Positions 1 to 8,445 of a stretch of 24,000 bases of DNA are shown here, piece by piece (within the stretch, counting starts at the first letter, position 1; the number at the start of each line of letters is the position of its first letter). The stretch is taken from contig CP188828.1 of NCBI GenBank assembly GCA_050110875.1, forward strand, positions 491,713-515,712, in the 5' to 3' direction. The translations under genes and the position numbers were made by a program. The notes under the pieces are model-generated. The model saw only the letters and a program-made list of their open reading frames with translations, was not told the origin of the DNA and did not search any database. The stretch is from Methyloligella sp. ZOD6 (lineage in GTDB: Bacteria > Pseudomonadota > Alphaproteobacteria > Rhizobiales > Methyloligellaceae).

Positions 1-933
1 ATAAAGACCGTACGAATAGTCGCCCAAGCGGTTGAAGCCGCGGATGAACCCGCCCGGCACGAGGGCCGCCCAAAGGACGCCGTAGGCGAGCGCCAGGCGG
101 AAGGTGAACTCCGCGATCGCCGTCGTGCTCGTCGCCAAGGCCACAACGGCCAGCCCGACCATCCAGATCCAGTTCAGCCGAATGCGGTCCGCGAACACGA
201 AGAATGCGCCGCCGAGGAAGAAGCTCAGGCCGAAGCGCGCCAGGCTGTCGACCGCCGCGATATGCCCACGGAGGTCGGTGGCGAAGGTCACGAGCAGATA
301 GGCGGCCAGAAGGCCCGCCAGGGCATAGACGATACGGCGGTCGAGCAGCGCGCCGAGCAGCGCCAGCACGGCCAAAATGCCGTAGCAGATCGCCTCGTAG
401 CGGAGGGTCCAAAGGGGCGAGTTCACGATCCCCTTCTCCTCCGGCACGGTCTCGAACACGCCGGGCAGCGGCAGCGAGTGGCTCACCAGGAAGCCGGTGA
501 GCGGCCCATAGATCCACGCTTTGAGATCGCCGAAATACTCGGCAAAGCTTTTGTCGCTGATCAGAGGGCCCAGCAGGAAGGCGATGGCGAAGGAGACGGC
601 GAGCAAGGCCGGAAACAGACGCAAGGCCCGGGCCACGGCAAAATCCAGCACGGTCGGCCTGGTGAGCACGCTGCGGGTCACCAGGAAGCCGGACACCACG
701 AAGAAGACGTCGACGGCGATGCGTCCCAGGGGGAACGTCTCGAAGTCGACGGTCAGGGGCCCCAGCACCAGAAGGCGCGTCTCGCCCGTTCCGGCAAGCG
801 CGACGGAATGATCCAGCAGCACCACGGCGGCGGCGATGAAGCGGATCAGGTTGAAGTTGTTGTCACGGCCCGACAGGCGCTCGGCAATCGTCGGCGCGCC
901 GGAAAGCCGGTTTGCTGGTTTGAGTGGGCCCAT
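1..933 (-). CDS. Acyltransferase family 3 (Acyl_transf_3 type) integral membrane O-acyltransferase; the C-terminus runs off the window
   Basis: Not in the ORF track because it has no stop in the window. My manual reverse translation from the ATG (cat at 931-933) gives MGPLKPANRLSGAPTIAERLSGRDNNFNLIRFIAAAVVLLDHS...VDVFFVVSGFLVTRS...SPLWTLRYEAICY...NRLGDYSYGLY. The NNF(N/D)LIRFIAA..V...H, VD.FFV.SGFL and GD.SYG.Y motifs are typical of this family, and the protein has multiple hydrophobic helices. No clear RBS, so the start is uncertain. Confidence 0.7.
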   Translation of the reverse strand, partial: MGPLKPANRLSGAPTIAERLSGRDNNFNLIRFIAAAVVLLDHSVALAGTGETRLLVLGPLTVDFETFPLGRIAVDVFFVVSGFLVTRSVLTRPTVLDFAVARALRLFPALLAVSFAIAFLLGPLISDKSFAEYFGDLKAWIYGPLTGFLVSHSLPLPGVFETVPEEKGIVNSPLWTLRYEAICYGILAVLALLGALLDRRIVYALAGLLAAYLLVTFATDLRGHIAAVDSLARFGLSFFLGGAFFVFADRIRLNWIWMVGLAVVALATSTTAIAEFTFRLALAYGVLWAALVPGGFIRGFNRLGDYSYGLY

Positions 934-1045
934 GCCGCATTTTAACGGTATGGGCCGAAAGCAGGTCGGTTGATTAGAATCAGCGTTAAATTTTCCCGCT
1001 GTCTTTCAGACTTATGGCAGGGGGCGAAACCGCCTTCGCAGCCGT

Positions 1046-1513
1046 TTAGAAGGGAATCTCGTCGTCCAGCTCCTTGTCGAAGGACCCCTCGCCCAGCGCG
1101 CTGGTGCGGCCGAAATCGCCGCCAGACGAACCGCCCCCGCTATCGCTCATGCCGCCGCCCTGACGGCTGTCGAGCATGGTGAGCGCCGAATTGAAGCCCT
1201 GGAGCACGACCTCCGTCGAATAGCGCTCCTGGCCGGATTGATCTTCCCATTTGCGGGTCTGGAGCTGGCCCTCGAGATAGACCTTCGAGCCCTTGCGCAG
1301 ATATTGCTCGGCGATGCGGCAGAGCCCTTCGTTGAAGATCACCACCCGATGCCACTCGGTCCGCTCGCGGCGCTCGCCCGTGTTCTTGTCGCGCCAGCTG
1401 TCGCTGGTCGCCACCCGCAGATTCGCGATCGGCCGCCCATCCTGGGTATGACGAATCTCCGGATCGGCACCGAGATTGCCGATCAAAATCACCTTGTTCA
1501 CCGATCCGGCCAT
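1046..1513 (-). CDS. ssb: Single-stranded DNA-binding protein
   Basis: Contains [43 protein letters not shown]...[16 protein letters not shown], then a Gly/Ser-rich linker and the canonical acidic tail DDEIPF. I chose the ATG at 1513 (RBS GGAGGTG, the reverse complement of 1517-1524) rather than the track start at 1567. Confidence 0.95.
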   Translation of the reverse strand: MAGSVNKVILIGNLGADPEIRHTQDGRPIANLRVATSDSWRDKNTGERRERTEWHRVVIFNEGLCRIAEQYLRKGSKVYLEGQLQTRKWEDQSGQERYSTEVVLQGFNSALTMLDSRQGGGMSDSGGGSSGGDFGRTSALGEGSFDKELDDEIPF

Positions 1514-1650
1514 GCATACACCTCCATCGTCTCGACGCGACGTTCGCGACTGACTTGTCCTCGTCACTTATCCTCTTCACTTGGCCCTGACCCTACCCCG
1601 CCCCGGGGCGCGACCGCCAGAGGGCCAAGCACTCGTCCACAGGCCAGTCT

Positions 1651-1694
1651 GTGATACTCCCTCGCACGCAATCTTCAATGTACTCTTTTTGTTC
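1651..1694 (-). promoter_or_regulatory. Candidate ssb promoter with an adjacent SOS-box-like direct repeat
   Basis: On the minus strand: TTGAAG (1673-1678), a 16-nt spacer, then TATCAC (1651-1656). Immediately upstream is GAAC-N7-GTAC (1680-1694; plus strand GTAC-tcttttt-GTTC). That is one mismatch from the alphaproteobacterial LexA box GAAC-N7-GAAC. A further GTTC lies at 1697-1700. Confidence 0.3.
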
Positions 1695-1844
1695 TCGTTC
1701 GTCCAGAGGCGACAAACCCTAAGATTGCCCCGCAAGGGTGATATGCCTTATGTAACGGCTGCCCGCCCTCGTGGTTTTAGACAGAGAGGCCCAGCCGGAA
1801 CACGCCGCGCTGCGGGCGAAACTCGCTCCGAGAAGAGGATAGGA

Positions 1845-2462
1845 ATGCAGCGTACTGCGCAATCGCATCTCTCCCCTGCGCGCCTGAAGAAAAGGCGGCG
1901 CCAGGACCCGCGCGTCAAATATTTCGGCTTCACCTGGCGCCAGTGGGAATTTCTGTTCGTCCTGTTCGGCAATTGGCTGTTCGCACTCGCCTTTCTGATC
2001 ATCTGCAAGATGGTTTGGGATTGGCAGCCGGAGCAGTGGGAGACGACCGGCGACAAGATCGGCCTGGTGATCAAGGATTCGGTGTTCGCGATCCTGCCGG
2101 GGGTGATCGGCATCTGCATCGTCGCCGCGCAGCGGCTCAACCCGAACATGTTCGTCGGCAAGATGGCGAAGCCGAACTCGCCGCTCGACATCAACACGCG
2201 ATTCATCCTGAACACGTTCGAGCAGTTCACCGCCTATTTCGTCGCCCATGCGGCCCTGGCGATCTATTCGCCGGCGGAAGAGGCGCGGACGGTGGTGATC
2301 CTGACCGCGCTGTTCGTGCTGGGCCGTATCCTGTTCTGGATCGGCTATCACAAGAACCCGCATCTGCGCGCCTTCGGCTTCGGCCTCACCTTCTATCCGA
2401 CGGTGGCGGCCTATATCTGCCTGGTCATCTACATGACCACGGGCATCCGCGTCCCGCTTTAG
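1845..2462 (+). CDS. MAPEG-like integral membrane protein (205 aa)
   Basis: ATG at 1845 is preceded by agaggatagga. There are about four hydrophobic helices. The RFILNTFEQFTAYF motif resembles the MAPEG R..x.N..E motif, and LFVLGRILFWIGY resembles the C-terminal MAPEG helix. GC3-rich codon usage. The 5' extension in the track (from 1581) looks non-coding. Confidence 0.5.
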   Translation: MQRTAQSHLSPARLKKRRRQDPRVKYFGFTWRQWEFLFVLFGNWLFALAFLIICKMVWDWQPEQWETTGDKIGLVIKDSVFAILPGVIGICIVAAQRLNPNMFVGKMAKPNSPLDINTRFILNTFEQFTAYFVAHAALAIYSPAEEARTVVILTALFVLGRILFWIGYHKNPHLRAFGFGLTFYPTVAAYICLVIYMTTGIRVPL

Positions 2463-2589
2463 GGGCGCGGATGCAGCCTCGCCTCCCCCCTTGCAGCGAG
2501 AGGGGGTAAACCGCAAGCGCTTCGACAGCCGCCTTACCCTCACCCTTTCTGCCAAGCGACCTGAGCAAGCTCAAGGTCGCGGCGGAAAG

Positions 2590-2640
2590 CCCTCTCCCGC
2601 AAGAGGAGAGGGAGTCACTCTGCGGCCCTACGGCACTGCT
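2590..2640. repeat. REP-like hairpin element (CCCTCTCC-N7-GGAGAGGG followed by GAGTCACTCTGCGGCCC)
   Basis: Perfect 8-bp GC-rich stem at 2590-2597/2605-2612. The tail is related to the copy at 3566-3620 (GGGAGAGGGAGCACGCTGCGGCCCG). Confidence 0.6.
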
Positions 2641-2649
2641 TAGACCCAC

Positions 2650-2737
2650 GTCATCCTGAGGTGCTCGCTTTGCGAGCCTCGAAGGAGGACGTGGCCCACA
2701 TGCTTCGAGGCGCGCCTCCGGCGTGCACCTCAGCATG
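2650..2737. repeat. REP-like element of the GTCATCCTGAGG family
   Basis: The sequence is GTCATCCTGAGGtgctcgc...cgagcctcgaagga...cttcgaggcgcgcc...CACCTCAGCATG. The termini are an imperfect inverted repeat. It belongs to the same family as 11892-12029 and is related to 12386-12514. Confidence 0.6.
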
Positions 2738-2772
2738 CCGAACTCTGAGTGCCTCCGGTGAGCCACAGCATC

Positions 2773-2885
2773 ACCTCTCCCCGATGGGGAGAGGTCGGAT
2801 GCGCAGCATCCGGGTGAGGGGGAGAAATATGCGGAGAGTTTGGCACCCCCTCACCCCAACCCTCTCCCCCAAGGGGAGAGGGAGC
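2773..2885. repeat. 113-bp REP-like composite repeat, copy A (two hairpins)
   Basis: Sequence: acctCTCTCCCCgatgGGGGAGAGgtcggatgcgcagcatccgggtgagggggagaaatatgcggagagtttggcaccccctcaccccaaCCCTCTCCCCcaagGGGAGAGGGagc. It is nearly identical (a few substitutions and one 1-nt indel by eye) to 5267-5377. Confidence 0.85.
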
Positions 2886-2920
2886 TCCGCCGAACTAGAA
2901 GCCATCCCCAGGCCCCCGCC

Positions 2921-3508
2921 CTACCCGCCGGGCTTGAAGGCGCCGGCCTGCCAGTCCTTGATCCAGTCGAGGGGCCAGAGCAGCATCACCACGTTCAGAG
3001 TGAGGTTGTCGCGGATCATCACACCGGTGAAGAGCTCCAGGGCGACGGCCACGATGACCGTGAGCCAGACCGGCCATTTCGATGCCAGCCAGAAGCCCAG
3101 CACCATGGCCAGGATGTCCATCACCGAGTTGATGACACTGTCGCCGTAATAATCGAGGGCGATGGTCGCCTCGCGATAGCGCTCGATCACCGCGTCGGTG
3201 TTCTCCGAGATCTCCCAGGCGCATTCGATCAGCAGGGCCAGAATCAATCGCGCTCCGAAAGAGAGCCTGCGGCCGAAGATAAGCCAAAGGACGCCGTAGA
3301 AGATGAAGCCGTGGATGACGTGGGACGGCGTGTACCAGTCGGTGAGATGCTGGGAATTTTCCGAGCTCACCACCTCGCCGTGCCAGAGCTTCACATATCC
3401 GCATTTGCAGATGGGCACCCGGCCCATGGCGAGCAGGATGGCGGCGGTGGCAAGGACGATGCCGATGGCGGCGAGGAGATAGGCGGTCTGCTGGCGTGTG
3501 AGTCGCAT
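2921..3508 (-). CDS. DUF2585 / UPF0314 family membrane protein (195 aa)
   Basis: MRLTRQQTAYLLAAIGIVLATAAILLAMGRVPICKCGYVKLWHGEVVSSENSQHLTDWYTPSHVIHGFIFY... matches my memory of the conserved UPF0314 N-terminal block (C.CG..KLWHG.V.SSENSQH..DWYT.SH..HG). Start taken at the ATG at 3508, because the track extension to 3625 runs through a REP element. Confidence 0.75.
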   Translation of the reverse strand: MRLTRQQTAYLLAAIGIVLATAAILLAMGRVPICKCGYVKLWHGEVVSSENSQHLTDWYTPSHVIHGFIFYGVLWLIFGRRLSFGARLILALLIECAWEISENTDAVIERYREATIALDYYGDSVINSVMDILAMVLGFWLASKWPVWLTVIVAVALELFTGVMIRDNLTLNVVMLLWPLDWIKDWQAGAFKPGG

Positions 3509-3565
3509 GGCGGCGGAGTTTGGCGGAAGATTCTGGCGGGCGCTATCGCGTCGATGAGTTGTTTC

Positions 3566-3620
3566 ACCTCTCCCCGGCGGGGAGAGGGAGCACGCTGCGG
3601 CCCGTTGCTCTGCCCTTTCC
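3566..3620. repeat. REP-like hairpin element (partial copy)
   Basis: The opening acctCTCTCCCCggcgGGGGAGAG is identical to the first hairpin of copy B at 5267. It continues GGAGCACGCTGCGGCCCGTTGCTCTGCC like 2605-2640. It sits in the divergent intergenic region between the DUF2585 and helicase genes. Confidence 0.7.
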
Positions 3621-3681
3621 CACAAGCGTCCCGCCCCCTATCCTCACCGTCCGATCCCAACTTGCGAATCCCGGACCGTCC

Positions 3682-5250
3682 ATGAAACAGACCCAAGCCC
3701 TGGCGCTGCTCCAGACGGGAATGAGCGTCTTCCTCACCGGCCAGCCGGGCAGCGGCAAGACCCATACGGTGAACCGCTATATCGCGGCGCTGCGCCAGGC
3801 GAAGATCCCGGTCGCCTATACCGCCTCCACGGGAATCGCGGCCACCCATGGCAACGGCATCACCATCCATGCCTGGAGCGGGATCGGGGTGAATCATTCG
3901 CTCACCCGCCGCGATCTCGACAGGATCGCCGCCAACCGGCGCGTGGCGGCGCGGATCGAGCGGAGCCGTGTGCTGATCATCGACGAGATCTCCATGCTGC
4001 CCGCCTATGCGCTGGACCTGGTGGATGCCGTGTGCCGCCACGTGCGGAAGAACGCTGCCCCCTTCGGCGGGCTCCAGGTCATTCTGGTTGGCGATTTCTT
4101 CCAGCTGCCGCCGGTGGTGCGGCGGGAGGCGAGCGACGCTTCCTTGTTCGGCGACATGGCGGCCGATACCGGCCCGGTCTTCGCCTATGGCTCGGCCGCC
4201 TGGCGGGATCTGGCGCCCACGGTCTGCTATCTCTCCGAGCAGCACCGCCAGAGCGATCGCGACTTTCTCGACCTGCTCGCCGCCATCCGCCGGAACGACT
4301 GCGCGCGGCATCATCGCGCGGTGCTGGATGCGCGGACGATCCCCCGGGATGCCCTGCCGACCGATTGCACGCGGCTGTTCACCCACAACGCTTCCGTGGA
4401 CGAGATCAACGCCGCCGAGCTGCGCAAGCTTCCCGGCGAGACGAAGCGCTTTGCCATGCAGAGCAAGGGCCCCGAGGTCTTCGTGAACACGCTGAAGCGG
4501 GGTTGCCTCTCCCCGGAGCAGCTGGTGCTGAAGGAAGGCGCCGTGGTGATGTTCACCAAGAACGATCCCGCCCTCCGCTTCGTGAACGGCACGCTGGGCG
4601 AGGTGATCGATTTCGACCGGGAGACCGGCCATCCGGTGATCCGCACCCGCTCCGGCAAGACGATCGTCGCCGAGCCGGCCACCTGGAAGATCGACGAGAA
4701 CGGCAAGGAGCGGGCCTCCATCATCCAGCTGCCGCTGCGTCTCGCCTGGGCCATGACCGTGCATAAGAGCCAGGGCATGTCCCTGGACGCGGCGGTGATC
4801 GATCTGTCCCGCGCCTTCGAGTACGGCCAGGGTTATGTGGCCCTGTCCCGCCTGCGGGGTCTCGCCGGGCTTCATCTGCTGGGGCTGAATGCCCGGGCGC
4901 TGCAAGTGCATCCGGCGGCGGTGGAGCAGGACGAGACCTTCCGGTCGCTGTCCGACACGGCCCTGCAGTCCGCTCAAGCGGCCGGGGCCGAGGCGATCGC
5001 GGCGAAGCAGCGGGAATTTCTCGCCGATGCGCTGGAGGAGGCCGAGACCAGGCAAACCGCCGCTTCGCCGCAAATGGCCGCCGCCCGGGCCGACGGCCAT
5101 GCGAAGGCCTATGCGCCCTGGAGCGAGGATGAGGAGAAGGCTCTGGTGCGCCGTCACCAGGCCGGCGAGAGCGTCGCCGCCATCGCCACCGCCCATGGGC
5201 GCAAGCCCGGCGCCATCCGCTCGCGTTTGAAGAAGCTGGAGCTGCTTTAG
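3682..5250 (+). CDS. Pif1-family SF1B DNA helicase (RecD-like, 522 aa) with a C-terminal HTH-like tail
   Basis: Walker A is FLTGQPGSGKTH and motif Ia is TASTGIAA. Walker B/motif II is LIIDEISML. The Pif1 signature region is APFGGLQVILVGDFFQLPPV. C-terminal motifs are TVHKSQGMSLD and GQGYVALSRLR. The last ~45 aa (WSEDEEKALVRRHQAGESVAAIATAHGRKPGAIRSRLKKL) look like a helix-turn-helix. Start taken at the ATG at 3682 (MKQTQALALL). Confidence 0.85.
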   Translation: MKQTQALALLQTGMSVFLTGQPGSGKTHTVNRYIAALRQAKIPVAYTASTGIAATHGNGITIHAWSGIGVNHSLTRRDLDRIAANRRVAARIERSRVLIIDEISMLPAYALDLVDAVCRHVRKNAAPFGGLQVILVGDFFQLPPVVRREASDASLFGDMAADTGPVFAYGSAAWRDLAPTVCYLSEQHRQSDRDFLDLLAAIRRNDCARHHRAVLDARTIPRDALPTDCTRLFTHNASVDEINAAELRKLPGETKRFAMQSKGPEVFVNTLKRGCLSPEQLVLKEGAVVMFTKNDPALRFVNGTLGEVIDFDRETGHPVIRTRSGKTIVAEPATWKIDENGKERASIIQLPLRLAWAMTVHKSQGMSLDAAVIDLSRAFEYGQGYVALSRLRGLAGLHLLGLNARALQVHPAAVEQDETFRSLSDTALQSAQAAGAEAIAAKQREFLADALEEAETRQTAASPQMAAARADGHAKAYAPWSEDEEKALVRRHQAGESVAAIATAHGRKPGAIRSRLKKLELL

Positions 5251-5266
5251 GTCGGCTAAGCCCAGT

Positions 5267-5377
5267 ACCTCTCCCCGGCGGGGAGAGGTCGAATGCGCAG
5301 CATCCGGGTGAGGGGGAGAAATATGCGGAGAGTTTGGCCCCCTCACCCCAACCCTCTCCCCCGAGGGGAGAGGGAGC
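5267..5377. repeat. 111-bp REP-like composite repeat, copy B
   Basis: Near-identical to 2773-2885 in the same orientation. It lies between the helicase stop (5250) and the uvrA start (5532). A further hairpin, CCCTCCCCCtttctGGGGGAGG, follows at about 5410-5431. Confidence 0.85.
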
Positions 5378-5531
5378 CATCCCGGGCAAGCGGCACAGCG
5401 GGAGAACGCCCTCCCCCTTTCTGGGGGAGGTTTGCCTGCCGGACTTGTTGAAAAACCAGCGTCCGCTTGCCGCCCCGACCAACAATGCTTAAGCCTTGTG
5501 AAAAGCCTTCCGCCCCCCGACATTGGTGCTC

Positions 5532-8438
5532 ATGACATCCAAGACCATTTCCGTGCGCGGCGCGCGGGAACACAATCTGAAGAACGTGCAGTTGGAGCTG
5601 CCGCGGGAAGAGCTCGTGGTGATGACCGGGCTGTCCGGCTCCGGCAAGTCGTCCCTCGCCTTCGACACGATCTATGCCGAGGGCCAGCGGCGCTATGTGG
5701 AGTCGCTCTCCGCCTACGCGCGCCAGTTCCTGGACATGATGCAGAAGCCGGATGTGGACTCCATCGAGGGGCTGTCCCCGGCGATCTCCATCGAGCAGAA
5801 GACCACCTCGAAGAACCCGCGCTCCACGGTCGGCACGGTCACCGAGATCTACGACTATATGCGCCTGCTCTTCGCGCGAGTGGGCGTGCCCTATTCGCCG
5901 GCCACGGGGCTTCCCATCGAGAGCCAGACGGTCAGCCAGATGGTCGACAAGGTGCTGGAGCTGGAAGAAGGCACGCGCCTCTATCTGCTGGCGCCGATCG
6001 TGCGCGGCCGCAAGGGCGAGTACCGCAAGGAGCTGGCGGAGCTTCTGAAGAAGGGCTTCCAGCGGGTGAAGATCGACGGCGCGTTCCACGAGATCGCCGA
6101 CGCCCCTGCCCTCGACAAGAAGTTCAAGCACGATATCGACGTGGTGGTGGACCGCATCGTGGTGCGCGACGACATGGCGACCCGGCTGGCGGATTCCTTC
6201 GAGACGGCGCTCGCCCTGTCCGACGGAATCGCGGTGGCCGAGTTCGCCGACGCACGCGACGAGAAGGGCGAGCCGGAGCGGCTGATCTTCTCCCAGCGCT
6301 TCGCCTGCCCGGTCTCCGGCTTCACCATCGAGGAGATCGAGCCGCGGCTGTTCTCCTTCAACAACCCGTTCGGCGCCTGCCCCGCCTGCGGCGGGCTGGG
6401 CACGGAGCTCACCTTCGAGGCGGAGCTGGTGGTGCCCGACGAATCCCTGAGCCTGGACCGGGGCGCGATCACGCCCTGGGCGCGCACCGGCGCCTCCTCC
6501 CCCTATTATCACCAGACGCTCCAGGCCATCGCCCGCCATTACAAGCAGAAGATGACGACGCCCTGGAAGGACCTGCCGGAGGAATTCCGCGCCGTCCTGC
6601 TGTTCGGCTCCGGCGACGAAGAGATCACCTTCACCTATGACGACGGGGTGCGCCGCTACTCCACCAGCAAGCCGTTCGAGGGGGTGATCACCAATATCGA
6701 CCGGCGCTGGCGCGAGACGGAATCGAACTGGGTGCGGGACGAGCTCTCCCGCTACCAGTCCAGCCAGCCCTGCCAGGTCTGCACCGGCTACCGGCTGAAG
6801 CCCCAGGCGCTGGCGGTGAAGATCGCCGGCATGCATATCGGCGAGGTCGCCGACATGTCGATCCGCCAGGCGAACAAATGGTTCGACCAGGTGGGCGAGA
6901 CGCTCTCCCCCCAGAAACAGGAGATCGCCAGCCGCATCCTGAAGGAGATCCGCGAGCGCTTGCGCTTCCTCAACGATGTCGGCCTGGACTACCTCACCCT
7001 CTCCCGCGCGTCCGGCACGCTCTCCGGCGGCGAGAGCCAGCGCATCCGCCTCGCCTCCCAGATCGGCTCCGGCCTCACCGGCGTGCTCTACGTGCTGGAC
7101 GAGCCCTCCATCGGCCTGCATCAGCGGGACAACGCGCGGCTCTTGGAGACCCTCAAGGCCCTCCGCGATCTCGGCAACTCGGTCATCGTCGTGGAGCATG
7201 ACGAGGACGCCATCCTGCAGGCCGATTACGTGGTGGATATGGGACCCGGCGCGGGCATCCATGGCGGCGAGGTGGTGGCCGAGGGCACGCCGGCGCAGAT
7301 CATGGCCAATCCGGACAGCCTGACCGGGCAATACCTCACCGGCATGAAGCAGATCCCCCTGCCGAAGAAGCGTCGGGAACCCGGCCGCAAGAAGGTCTCG
7401 GTGATCGGCGCGCGGGAAAACAATCTGAAGAACGTCTCCGCCGACATCCCGCTCGGCCTGTTCAGCTGCGTCACCGGCGTCTCAGGCGGCGGCAAGTCCA
7501 CCTTCCTCATCGAGACCCTCTACCGCGCCGTCGCCCGCAAGCTCACCGGCGCACGGGAGATCCCCGGGGCGCATGACAAGATCGAGGGGCTGGAGCATCT
7601 CGACAAGGTCATCGATATCGACCAGAGCCCGATCGGCCGCACGCCCCGCTCCAACCCGGCCACCTATACGGGCGCCTTCACGCCGATCCGCGAATGGTTC
7701 TCCGAGCTGCCGGAGGCGAAGGCGCGCGGCTACAAGCCCGGGCGCTTCTCCTTCAACGTGAAGGGCGGGCGCTGCGAGGCCTGCCAGGGCGACGGGCTGA
7801 TCAAGATCGAGATGCACTTCCTGCCCGACGTCTTCGTCACCTGCGATGTCTGCAAGGGCAAGCGCTATAACCGCGAGACCCTGGACATCAAGTTCAAGGG
7901 CAAGTCCATCGCCGACGTGCTCGACATGACGGTCGAGGAAGCCGCCGAGTTCTTCAAGGCGGTGCCGGTGATCAGGGACAAGCTGGAGACCCTCAAGCGC
8001 GTCGGCCTGAGCTATATCCATGTCGGCCAGCAGGCGACGACGCTCTCCGGCGGCGAGGCCCAGCGGGTGAAGCTCTCCCGGGAGCTCTCAAAGCGCGCCA
8101 CGGGCCGCACCCTCTATATCCTCGACGAGCCGACCACGGGCCTGCATTTCCACGACGTGGCGAAGCTGCTGGAGGTGCTCCACGAGCTGGTGAACCAGGG
8201 GAACACGGTCGTGGTCATCGAGCACAATCTGGAGGTGATCAAGACCGCCGACTGGATCCTCGACCTCGGGCCGGAAGGCGGCGATGGCGGCGGCCGCATC
8301 GTCGCCCAAGGCACGCCGGAGCAAGTCGCAAAAGTGCCGGAAAGCTACACGGGGCAGTATCTCAAGGAACTACTCGGCCGGCGGAAGAAGACGGGCAGCG
8401 CCGCGGCGAAGGCGGGCGCGGCCGAGGCGGCGGAGTGA
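5532..8438 (+). CDS. uvrA: Excinuclease ABC subunit A
   Basis: [66 protein letters not shown]. Two ABC modules are present (GLSGSGKSS and GVSGGGKST; LSGGESQR and LSGGEAQR). Zinc-finger cysteines are present (CPVSG...CPACGG; CEACQGDG...CDVCKG). ATG at 5532 is preferred over TTG at 5523. Confidence 0.98.
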   Translation: MTSKTISVRGAREHNLKNVQLELPREELVVMTGLSGSGKSSLAFDTIYAEGQRRYVESLSAYARQFLDMMQKPDVDSIEGLSPAISIEQKTTSKNPRSTVGTVTEIYDYMRLLFARVGVPYSPATGLPIESQTVSQMVDKVLELEEGTRLYLLAPIVRGRKGEYRKELAELLKKGFQRVKIDGAFHEIADAPALDKKFKHDIDVVVDRIVVRDDMATRLADSFETALALSDGIAVAEFADARDEKGEPERLIFSQRFACPVSGFTIEEIEPRLFSFNNPFGACPACGGLGTELTFEAELVVPDESLSLDRGAITPWARTGASSPYYHQTLQAIARHYKQKMTTPWKDLPEEFRAVLLFGSGDEEITFTYDDGVRRYSTSKPFEGVITNIDRRWRETESNWVRDELSRYQSSQPCQVCTGYRLKPQALAVKIAGMHIGEVADMSIRQANKWFDQVGETLSPQKQEIASRILKEIRERLRFLNDVGLDYLTLSRASGTLSGGESQRIRLASQIGSGLTGVLYVLDEPSIGLHQRDNARLLETLKALRDLGNSVIVVEHDEDAILQADYVVDMGPGAGIHGGEVVAEGTPAQIMANPDSLTGQYLTGMKQIPLPKKRREPGRKKVSVIGARENNLKNVSADIPLGLFSCVTGVSGGGKSTFLIETLYRAVARKLTGAREIPGAHDKIEGLEHLDKVIDIDQSPIGRTPRSNPATYTGAFTPIREWFSELPEAKARGYKPGRFSFNVKGGRCEACQGDGLIKIEMHFLPDVFVTCDVCKGKRYNRETLDIKFKGKSIADVLDMTVEEAAEFFKAVPVIRDKLETLKRVGLSYIHVGQQATTLSGGEAQRVKLSRELSKRATGRTLYILDEPTTGLHFHDVAKLLEVLHELVNQGNTVVVIEHNLEVIKTADWILDLGPEGGDGGGRIVAQGTPEQVAKVPESYTGQYLKELLGRRKKTGSAAAKAGAAEAAE

Positions 8439-8445
8439 TGCACCT

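Noticed and set aside
262-945. 227-aa plus-strand ORF (with the overlapping 104-301, 204-500 and 521-811 ORFs)
   Set aside because: The opposite strand encodes a clear acyltransferase-3 membrane protein across the whole interval. The plus-strand products are charged low-complexity sequences.
1519-1580. N-terminal extensions of ssb (track start 1567) and the alternative-frame ORF 1140-1580
   Set aside because: The SSB family N-terminus is MAGSVNKV..., with a GGAGG RBS right before the ATG at 1513. The alternative frame is Arg-rich nonsense.
2463-2920. Possible CRISPR array, considered because of many short GC-rich palindromic repeats
   Set aside because: There is no constant repeat length or regular repeat-spacer periodicity. 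The units belong to different REP families, and no cas genes are in the window.
2661-3685. Plus-strand ORFs 2661-3149 and 2840-3685
   Set aside because: They begin inside REP elements ('PLTPTLSPKGRGS' is the translated hairpin repeat) and then run antisense to the DUF2585 gene.
3391-5523. 710-aa ORF on the minus strand
   Set aside because: It is entirely antisense to the well-supported Pif1 helicase and runs through REP elements. Its composition is Gly/Arg/Pro/Ala-rich with no motifs. This is a typical high-GC shadow ORF.
5386-5531. SOS box or promoter upstream of uvrA
   Set aside because: I looked for GAAC/GTTC-N7-GAAC/GTTC and found none. The nearest look-alikes (GAAC gccctcc CCCT, GTTG aaaaacc AGCG) fail in the second half-site. 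A PWM scan is needed for a definitive answer.
5343-7331. 662-aa ORF on the minus strand
   Set aside because: It is antisense to uvrA, whose identity is unambiguous. It is low-complexity and rich in Leu/Arg/Gly/Ala/Asp, and has no RBS.
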